A DNA stretch of 63,753 bases, counting the filler, from Reclinomonas americana ATCC 50394 (Eukaryota): the NCBI GenBank assembly GCA_048213135.1. It is 5 parts of one record of this genome, joined end to end, with 100 filler letters (N's around TTAATTAATTAA, not from the genome) between each part and the next. Parts side by side here need not be neighbours in the genome. Positions count along the whole stretch, not along the records: positions 49,255 to 63,753 come from PS015230.1; 4 more parts are not named here. One strand, written 5' to 3'. The notes under the pieces are model-generated. The model ran no database searches. It was given only the letters and a program-made list of their open reading frames with translations, and was not told the origin of the DNA. The position numbers and the translations under genes were made by a program. Shown here piece by piece: positions 53,821 to 63,753 of the stretch (its first letter is position 1; every line of letters starts with the position of its first letter).

Positions 53821-55566
53821 ATGGAAGTGCAGTTGCGTGCTCTCCACTCCCCAACCCTCTTTCCTCTCACTCTCGCAGTTGCACGCGACATGTCTCACTC
53901 ACTCACACACTTTCACACAAAAGTGTCGACACTGCACTTGCCGCGTGCGCACGAGGCGACTCGCGTGTCACTCGCGCCTCTCTGCACGCGCTCTTCCGCG
54001 GCTGTCTCAAGGCACAATGGAGCGCGCCTAACGCACTCACCACACTAGTCACGCGCCTTCACGCGTGGCGCACATCTCACGCAACGCAAGAAGACGAAGC
54101 AGCAACAACACATGTGAGCGACTTGCTGGGAGAATGTGCATTGGATGCTGTGTGGTGTCTGGAGGCGGAAAGTGGGGGTTCGTCGAGTGACATTGTGAAG
54201 GAGTTGTCTGCGCATGGATTGGTCGATCGAGTGCGTCTGCGAGAGCGCGTGGATTTGGAGGTGTTGCAGCGCGCGAATGTGGTGTCGTCGGCCGAGGCGC
54301 AGCTGGTGAAGAAGAAGGAGATTCGTGTCAAGACGCGCTTGTTGTACACGCAGGAGAAGTTTAATTTGTTGAGGGAGGAGACCGAGGGGTATGCGAAGGT
54401 GAGGTGGGAAGGGGGAAGGGAAGGGAAGGGAGGGGAAAGGGGGGAGAGAGACTGGGAACGAGTGTGCATGTGCGTGTGTGAGAGAGAGAGACGAAGAAAA
54501 GAAAGAGAAGGGTGCCTTTTGTCTGTGCTTGTTCTTTCGTGGAATGCATGAGATCTTTGGTTGCATTATGCGTGAGTGCGGTATGCAGTTGTTCTTCTGA
54601 GAGAGGCACAGGCTGGTTGTCTCCCGAGTCTCAGCGAGACTCAGTTTTCTGCGTATTGAGGGATCCTGTTTTTCTGGGAATGCAGTGTTGTGAGCGAGAC
54701 CTGGGCGGTGTGCTTGTTGGAGAGCAACGCGCTGGTAGTTTCTCGTTGTGTGTGGAGGGGAAAGGGGGAGAGACTGGGAACGAGCGTGCATGTGAGAGAG
54801 AGAGAGAGACACACACAGAAAGAAAGAGAAGGGTGATGCGGTTCTTGGAGTCTCTGCTTGTTCTTTGTGGAATGCAGGAGATCTTAGGTTGCATCGTTTC
54901 GTGTCATGTTGTCGAGACAAGCACTTGATTCATCATCTGTAGACACAACACTGCTGGTTGTCGCAGCGTTGTTCTGTAAGAAGCTGCGCTGTTGTGAGAT
55001 TACACAGAAGAAATTGAGTGGATTTCCCTTTTCCTTGTTCTTGTTGTTGGGTTTGTGGAGAGAGCGATTAGTCTCTGCAGCATTCAGCGGGACAGTAGCA
55101 GCAGTAGATCTCCGCAATGTAATGAGAGAGAATGGGCGCCTCGGCTGCAAGCAAGTCTTTGTATCGCGGGAGGGTCTTTTCCCTCTTTCTCTCACTCCTC
55201 TCCTCCCCCTCTTTCCCGCCGGCAGGTGATCGTGGAACTCCACGAAGGTCCCGGCGTCGGCTGCCACCCTGTGCAAGTCACCCGCGAGCGCCTCCTGTCC
55301 CTCATCGGCCAGTTCGATCTGGATCCCAACCGCGTGCTGGACCTCACGCTCGAAAGCCTTGAACTGCACGTGTCGGCGCCTCTGGTTGAGGCCTTGACGG
55401 CGCGAGTTCGCGGGGAAGCAGTTCCCAGTTGCGTCACCTTTACCGATCTTCGTCTGCCGTCTTGTGTACCCCGCGGCTTTCCATGTCGCATCTACCTTCA
55501 CCTATTTATTACAATCTCTCACGATTGTGGACCCTTCTGACCCTCCGTCTAGCATTGCCTCCGATG

Positions 55567-55606
<40 letters not shown>

Positions 55607-56224
55607 NNNNNNNNNNNNNNNNNNNNNNNNNNNNNNNNNNNNNNNNNNNNNNNNNNNNNNNNNNNNNNNNNNNNNNNNNNNNNNNNNNNNNNNNNNNNNN
55701 NNNNNNNNNNNNNNNNNNNNNNNNNNNNNNNNNNNNNNNNNNNNNNNNNNNNNNNNNNNNNNNNNNNNNNNNNNNNNNNNNNNNNNNNNNNNNNNNNNNN
55801 NNNNNNNNNNNNNNNNNNNNNNNNNNNNNNNNNNNNNNNNNNNNNNNNNNNNNNNNNNNNNNNNNNNNNNNNNNNNNNNNNNNNNNNNNNNNNNNNNNNN
55901 NNNNNNNNNNNNNNNNNNNNNNNNNNNNNNNNNNNNNNNNNNNNNNNNNNNNNNNNNNNNNNNNNNNNNNNNNNNNNNNNNNNNNNNNNNNNNNNNNNNN
56001 NNNNNNNNNNNNNNNNNNNNNNNNNNNNNNNNNNNNNNNNNNNNNNNNNNNNNNNNNNNNNNNNNNNNNNNNNNNNNNNNNNNNNNNNNNNNNNNNNNNN
56101 NNNNNNNNNNNNNNNNNNNNNNNNNNNNNNNNNNNNNNNNNNNNNNNNNNNNNNNNNNNNNNNNNNNNNNNNNNNNNNNNNNNNNNNNNNNNNNNNNNNN
56201 NNNNNNNNNNNNNNNNNNNNNNNN

Positions 56225-56285
<61 letters not shown>

Positions 56286-59200
56286 GTTGCCCATTTTGCT
56301 CTCATTCTGGCGTTTGCCTCGCCGATGCTCTGTATCGCACGTCTCTCACATTTCCTCTCGTCTTGGCTCTCGTTTTACACCATTGCTCTCATTTTCATTT
56401 CATGTCTGTGCTCCGGAGCACTGCTTTATATAGCCCACTTGTGAACTCTTTTCGCTCCTTATTTTGCGTCTTCAATCCGCCTTCTCTCTCCATCACCTCT
56501 CTCACTCACTTCCTTTCTGGCCTCACTTCTCCCACCCTCACCCGTTTCCCTTTTCCTGTCGCCCAGGCGGCCCGCTCTCCTCTGCCGCCGTATCCGAGCG
56601 CTACGCCGACATCCTGGCCATGTTCTCCCGCACCGAGTCCATTGCACACCTGCTGGGCTTCAAGTTCATGCAGTTTGAGCGTGAGGTACTTTTCCCCTTC
56701 TTGAACCGCGTCGACACCCGCATGCGCACTAACTCTGTCGCGTGTGAACAGGAGGCCGGCGTGGCGCCCGATTCACTGTACCGAGTCGCCGCCCTGCTCA
56801 TTGATCGCGGACTGCTGACTCTTGACGCCCTCTATCCCTACGTTGCGTCGGCCTCGCCGTGATGCGCAACGAGTGTACGAGACTACTCACCGTTGCGCCA
56901 TGCTGGCAGTTGTCACCGTCGGACAGCGAGTTGATTGCAGCAGCGAAGAAATTCTTGGCCGAACGCGAGAAGCTGGCCAAGCGTGTCACCACTGGCGTGC
57001 TGGGGGTGCGTCACGTAACACTTCGTCAGTGGTGAGAGGACTGCGCTCACTGTGTCCGAGATAACAGGGCGTTGTGGAGGGTCCCACCGACGACGAAGTG
57101 AAGCGATACTTTTCGACCAACGAGGATCTGCCGGCTGCGCTGGGCACGCGAGTTGAGTTGGTGTCTTCTGTTCTCCGTCCTTGAGTAAGCGTCATTATCT
57201 CTTGCTCGTGTCCTTCTCCGCCGATTGTATCTCAAAACTTAAGTTCTCGGGGTTTTCTGCAACAGCGCTCTCTCTTCTCTCTCCTCTTCTCTCTCTTTCC
57301 TCATCTACCGTTCTTCTTCTTCTGTCTCTTCCTTTCCCCAGCCTGTTCTAATCCCTTTCCCACTCCCTTCCTTTTCTCTTCCCCCTCCCTTGCCCCTAAC
57401 CCTCTCTTTCCGCTCCCTTGCTCTTGCCCTCCCTTACCCTTCTCTTCCTCCTCTCTTTCCCCTCTCTTTCCCCTTACTCCCCTTCCCCCATCCCCTCTTC
57501 CCTTCCCCTCTTCCCCTTCCCTCCCTTTCCCCCTTCTCCCTTCCCCTCACCGCCCTTCCCCCTTCTCCCCCTCCCGCAGAACCACAAAGTCCGCCTCATT
57601 GTGGCCCTGGTGGAGGTCGGACAAATCGGACTCGCCCTCTCGCTCATCAACCGCCTCCGCGACACCCTCCCCGTCATGTTCCCACCGCTCACCGCCATCC
57701 TGCTGGCCTACGCCAGTATTGTGGTGCGTCCACTGTATGCGCCAGTGGATCCGCGTCGTCGTCGCGGCGCCTCGGCGTCCATGGAAGTCGACGATGCGCT
57801 GGTCGACGAGGCCGCCAGCGAGTACGTTGTTGAGCAGGTGGCACCGCTGCTCGAGTGCATCGGGTGCGAGCTGCATCGCGACCCGCTGCTCTTTGCGCGC
57901 ATCTGCCGCGTCCTGGCCAGCCTGGTGGAGCATCGGCAGAGCGATGAGGCGCTGCTGAACAGCGTCGAGTGCATTGTCGCCACGTGCCTGCTGCCGTCCA
58001 TGGCACTCAGCGGCATCGCGGCCTCGGCCACCTTTGAGGTGTGGTCGGTGATGCGGCACATGCCGTATGAGGCGCGGTGAGTTGACCGTCTGGGGATTTT
58101 CGCTTCCCTCTCCCCCCTACCATGGTGCTGACACACGCACGCCTCGCAGTGCCCGCTCGTACCACTGGATGATGTCGCAAGTGTACGAGTCGCACCCGGC
58201 GCTGCGCTACGTCAATAATGTGGCGAGCACCGAGTGCGCCAAGCGTGTGCTGAAGCGCATCTCCACCGAGAACGTCGTGCAAATGGGCCGCCATCTCGGC
58301 AAGCTGAGCCACGCCAATCCGATTCCCGTGTTCAAGAAGGTGAATGGAGGGGAAGAGATGCGGGAAGTTGAGGGGCTTTCTCCTTCTGTTTTCTCTGTCT
58401 TGATTGCTTGCATTCTCGATCATGCTGTCCACCTTGAGTTTCGCCCCCTTTCCGTTCATTTGATTTCAATCTTTCGCTCTCCCCCACTCGTCTCCCTCTC
58501 TCGTCTCCCCCTCTCGTCTCCCCCTCTCGCTTTTCCCTCTCCCTTCTTGTCTTCTCGTTCTCCCTCTCCCCCACTTGTCTCCCCACGCGCTCTCCCCCAC
58601 TCGTCTCCCCCTCTCGTCTCTCTCGTCTGCCCCGCTCGTCTCCCCCTCTCGCTTTTCCCTCTCCCTTCTTGCCTTCTCCTTCCCCTTCCCCTATCGCTCA
58701 CCCTCCCCTCCCTTCCTCGTCCGCAGCTGATGGATCAAATCGAGGCGTACTCCAACATGCGCGACCTCATTGTCGGCGAGAAGAACAACGCCACCAAAAA
58801 CTTGTCGCCCCTCTCGCTCGACGTGCTGGCATACTTGATCCTGGACCGACTGGCATCTCCGCGTGCCAAGTTCAAGGTGCCAATGTCGGTGCTTCACTTT
58901 GTCTGTTGACGGGCTCACACTTGTGCGACAGGCGGACTCGGTTAACCGCTCCGAGTGGGTGAAGAATCTCGGTGACTTTGCCGGGCAGGTGTATCGCAAG
59001 CACCCGCACACGGAACTGCAGCCGTTGCTGCTGTTTGTGATGCATGGTCTTGAGCAAGGAGAGGTGAGAGTTGTGCCTTGGTTGAGCGCTCCCCTTTTCA
59101 TCGCGCTCACTATGCCGGCTCATCAGATCGAAGACCTCGACCTGCTCTTCCCACTCTTCCGCTTCATGGCCGGAATGGAGGTCACCGACGACCCTGGAGA

Positions 59201-60634
59201 TGAGCAAGTGAGTTTCATTCCACCCTCCCTTTCGCTATTCTTCTTGTCTCTCACTGCCGGTTACAGCTCGACGCTCAAGCCGGTGGTGCGCTCCTTCGCA
59301 AGCAATCGGGATCATTTTTGCAGACCACCACGAGTCGGCAGGCTATCAACCGAGTGAGTTGTACTCTCTCTCTCCCCAATCCTTCTCCTTCACCTTTCTC
59401 TATCTGCCTTCTTCTTTTCTCCTGCTTCTTCTTTTTCACCTCGTTCTCTTCGTCCTCCCGTCGTTCTTGTGTTTCTTCTTCTTCCTCCTCCTCCTCCTTA
59501 TCATCTTGTTTACGTCTTCTTCTCGTTTCTCTCTATCGCTTTATTCATCCGCTGTCCTCGCCGTCCCTCACTTCCCCTTTCAGCTCCGCGACTGCCTCGT
59601 ACCCCTGGCCCGCAACTTCCTCATTGTGCTGGCCCAACTTCACCGAAGCGCTGTGTACCTGGACGAGGAGTCAAATCTCAAGCTGCTGGCCGACAAGCAG
59701 GACAACATTCACGATGCGCTGATTATCTTGGTCCAGTTTCTTTCCACACACCACGGCAGCTACGCCGAGCTTGTGCCGTCTGTCGAAGAACTCGTGTGCA
59801 CCTACCACGTGGAACTGGAGGTCGCCTTTGACATTGTGCGACCGGCACTCACCGGCGAGGAGGAGTCTGACCAGCGACTGCTCGGCGATGTTGCGTCGAG
59901 AGAGAGAGAGAGACCATTATGTTGTGGTGATAGGATAGATGGCTCACTGGCGGCGTGCAGTTGTCTCGCGTGGTGGCTCACCAATTGCCACCGTCGACGC
60001 CACCCTCCGAAGTGTGGGAGAGCATCTCACCCGAGTTGTTCACACTCTTCTGGACCATGTCCATTCAGGATGTGTACTGCCCGAATCGCTCGTACGAGAT
60101 CACCGTCAGCCGCTTGCAAGAGAAGATGCACGAGCCAAGCAAGGAGGAGGACAAGGCGGTGAGTGGCGAGCCACCTATTTTTCGTTGAAGGAGGCGATGG
60201 TCTGAAAATGATTGGGCTTGTTGTTGCAGAACCGTCGCAAGAAGGACAAGGAGAAGCTGCAGTCGACTGTCGCGGCCCTCAACGAGGAACTGCCACAGCA
60301 GGTGGCACGAGTGCAGCGGGGAACGCAGCGCATCGAGGCCCTTCGTGACCGCATGTTTATTCACGAGCCGTTTGATATGACGATTGACAAGAGCAAGTTG
60401 CGTTTGACTTTACGTAATCATGGTGTCACTCTGTTTCCTCTCCATTCGGCATCGGACGTTCTGCCCTCATTCTCCGTAATTATCTCTCACTTTACCCTCT
60501 CCTCCTTCGTTGTCATCACATTGCACTGTCTGTCCACCCTGTTTCAACGTTGCCCATCCTCGCCCTTCAGTGTACTCCCCTCCGCCGCGCTCGCTGGCCT
60601 CTCTCGATTTCCCCGCTCCTCCACCTTCGCGCGT

Positions 60635-60670
<36 letters not shown>

Positions 60671-63600
60671 TCTGTGCGCTTTCCCTTCTTCTTGCACCAA
60701 ATTCTCTCAGTTTATTGCGCCCTTTGCCGCCGATGTCCGTTCCTTCTCCGTCTCAGGCGTCCACCTTGGCTCGCCTCTTCTTTCAGTCTTCCTTCTCTGC
60801 ACTCTATCCCGTCTGCCCTCCTCCTTTCCCGCCCCTTTCCCTTCCACTCCCTTCCGCCTTCCCTTCTGCTCCCCTCCCCCCTTGTCCGTTGTCTCACCCT
60901 TCTCCCCCCACAGATCCTCCTCCGTCATGTTCCTGCAAACCTGCGTGGTCCCGCGCGTCAAGTACTCCATCATCGACGCGTGGTTCTGCGGCCGCTTCGT
61001 GCAACAACTCGTCACACTGCGCGTGCCGCGCTTCTCCATCTTCATGTACTACGACCGGGCGTGCCACACGGCGTGCACTCTGCTCAAGTCCAGCACGGAG
61101 AAGGAGGCCGGTCGTGTGGCGCGTTTCGCCCTGCTGATCTTGAAGCACCTCGACGAGCTGCAGCGAGATCGCGACACGTACGGCAAGCAGTTTGCCCCGC
61201 TGCCGGCACTGCGACTCACCGACGACAAGCCGGCTACGTTTGAGAAGCTGCAAAAGGCCACACTCATTGTTGCGTATCGGAAGAAGAGCGATTCACTCTC
61301 TCTCTCTCTCTCTCTCTCTTGGGGAAAGGGTGATAGAGAAGGAGCGCACGACGGGAAGAGAGATAAGGAACAGTACCAAGGGAAAAAGCTCGAGACTATG
61401 CAGAGAGAGCGAGAAAAGCAAAGCAGCACTTCACCACCCATATCCCCTCTCTTGATCTGCTCATTCTCTCTTTCCCCCACGCAGATTCACAACAAGATCG
61501 CCGACAACATCAAGCAACTGCTGGCGTCTACCGAGTACATGGACCTGCGCAATGCCATTTGTGTGCTCACGCACATTTCTGCGGTGTTCCCGCGCAAGCG
61601 TGCGGCCGTCGAAGAAATGGAGAAGCTGGTGGAGCCGCTGACGGGCAAGGGCGAGGAGCGCATGGGTGAGTGATTACTGTTCACCAAAGGCGACCGTTTT
61701 GCTATTCACCCTTGTGAATGCGCGCACGCAGGTTTGAAGACCGCTGCACGCATGTACCTCGTGAAGGTGGGCCAGCGCAAGGAGTCTCTTGGCGAGAGTC
61801 GTCGCTCCACTGGCGGATCGTCGTCGTCGTCTTCAGCTTCTGCTGCTGCTGCGGCGGCTGCCTCGGGTTCCACTCAACCAAGCAGGTGAGCTCCTGTTCA
61901 TATTGCTCTCACTTCTCCTTGTTTCCCGCTAATCTTTCCGAATGCAGGACATCCGATTCCAAGCCGGCCAGCAACGGCACGGCGGCCGCAGCGGCCACGA
62001 AACCTGCTTCGTCTGAGTCGTCTCGGGTATGCATAATGCTCAATGAGCCGTGTTGAGAGACGCTGTTCCTCACATGTTATCGTCGCATTGCGCAGAGTGG
62101 TCGGTCGTCGGGCTTTAGCGATTCCACAGCGGCTGCGCCGGCGAGGAAATCAGATTCATCGTCCTCGTCGTCGTCGTCGACTGCTGGCAGCTCGAAGAGC
62201 AGTTCTGAGAAGCAGTCGTCCTCCTCGTCAAAGGTGGCTTCGTCTCTCTCCCCGATCGATTCTTCGTGTGCGATCCGCTTAACATTTTTTGTCATGCAGC
62301 AGCCATCCGAAAGCTCTTCTGCGGCGCCCAAGAAGGATTCGGCATCTGCAGCTGCCGGCTCGTCGTCCTCGTCCTCGTCGCGCGATCGTGGTGGTCTGTG
62401 GCAACGACACGTCTCCTGACTTTTGCGTCTATCGCGTCCTCATTCCTTCTCTCTCCCATGCGCAGCGAGTGCCGGTGAAAAGTCCTCCAGTGGAGCAGGC
62501 GATTCAAGCGCGCGCTCCACAGTATCGTGCGTTGTTTGTCATGTGCATCAGCGTGCTCTCTTGCGCGCGACTCACCCTTTCACGCTGCAGAGGAAAGCGA
62601 CCTCGCGAAGTGAGTCCCGAAAGCAAGTCGTCATCATCTGCCGCTGCCGCAGCACCGAGTGGCAGTACCTCCGAGAAGGATACGGCGGTGGGCAGTGATG
62701 GCCAGTTGCCGCGCAAGCGTCAGCGTGTGGATGCTGCAGCTCCGGCGGCGTCCTCGAACCGCGGGGAGGAAACGATTGAGGGTCCCGCAGCGCCGCCGCC
62801 GGCGCGCGGTTCCTCTCACGGGCGTGATCGCGACCGACAGCGCGACTCTGGCGACGCCGACAGCGGCAGCAAGTCGTCCAGCTCGCGTCGATCCAAGGAG
62901 AGCAGCAAGGAATCGTCGTCGTCATCATCTGCCGCCGTTGCCGCGGCACCAGAAGCCGCACCACCGGCTGTACCCAAGGGCGAGAAGCGCCGTCGACCGG
63001 AAGAGGAGACGGCAGAGGCGGCGGGCGACGATCGCGCCGTCAAGAAGGCGAACACCAAGGAGTCGATTGAGAAGGAGGTTTGCTGAATGTGTTGACCGCC
63101 TGCCGCATCAGTCGTTCTCATGTCACTCGGCCAGGCTGAGTTGAAGCGACGCATCGAGAAGCAAAACGAGGAGCGACGGGAGCGATTTGCATCGTTGCGT
63201 TTCAGAGAGAGAGAGAGAGACACTGTCAACGGGCACCGTGTGTGTGGGTTCTGTTCATCTCTCCTCACATTGACCACACAGGAAACCCAAGTCGGATGAG
63301 TCGAGCGCAGCAGGCAGCGGAGCTGCTGCTGCAGCCGCGGCTGCCGCACTGGCCTCTGCACCCGCCGCATCAGCCGCACCACCGCCACCAGCAGCAGCAT
63401 CGGAGCCGGCAGCCAGCAGCAGCAGCAGCAGCAGCAGCCGCAGCTCGTCGAAGCGCTCCTCCTCCAAGTCCGACGAACGCCGCGAACAGCGTCGCGAGAA
63501 GGAGGCCTCTGTCCCCGCACCAACCACTGATGATAGCACAACTGCCACAGCCGCAGCCGCCACCGATCCCGAAGACGGAACCGTCACACCGGGCACGGGC

Positions 63601-63723
63601 GGCGGCGGTCGCTCAAAATCGCGCAGCAGCAGCAAGCGCGGAACGTCGTCGTCCTCCTCGTCGTCGTCCCATCACCGATCCGATCGCAAGACGAGCTCCA
63701 GCAAGCCACCGGCGTCAGAGTAA
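53821..63723 (+). CDS. THOC2: THO complex subunit 2 with long S/A-rich C-terminal tail
   Basis: TRLLYTQEKFNLLREETEGYAK, SLIGQFDLDPNRVLD, HLLGFKF, LKRISTENV, KLSHANP, QIEAYSN, FLQTCVVPR, EYMDLRNAI; in-frame TAA at 63721. Confidence 0.95.
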
Positions 63724-63753
63724 CCACGCGAGAGAAACAATCAATGCATTGAC

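Overview
Gapped draft scaffold of a GC-rich, intron-dense eukaryote. Dynein-2 WDR60-like and PIERCE1-like genes imply a flagellated protist; I cannot name the taxon from sequence alone. Most introns are about 60-85 nt, with some long ones filled with microsatellites or duplications. Hand-spliced gene models give: a secreted-protein fragment, two paralogous IQ-like coiled-coil genes, a divergent formin, WDR60/DYNC2I1, three tandem small 'YGPP' genes, Aquarius (AQR), two tandem UBL-WD40 paralogs, malic enzyme, FAM21/WASHC2, a PIERCE1-like gene, an NHL/FN3/cadherin/PAN surface protein, a choline-transporter-like gene and THOC2. The strongest unexplained signal is a second, abundant class of 5' splice sites. 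About 30 introns, most fixed by reading frame, begin GTTGCGT/GTTGAGT/GTTTCGT (the usual GTGCGT/GTGAGT with one extra T). Each follows a non-G exon base, so nearly all lack both -1G and +5G. This suggests routine shifted-register donor recognition or a variant U1/U6. All gene models are manual and unverified by transcripts. TTAATTAATTAA spacers and N-gaps limit inferences about adjacency.
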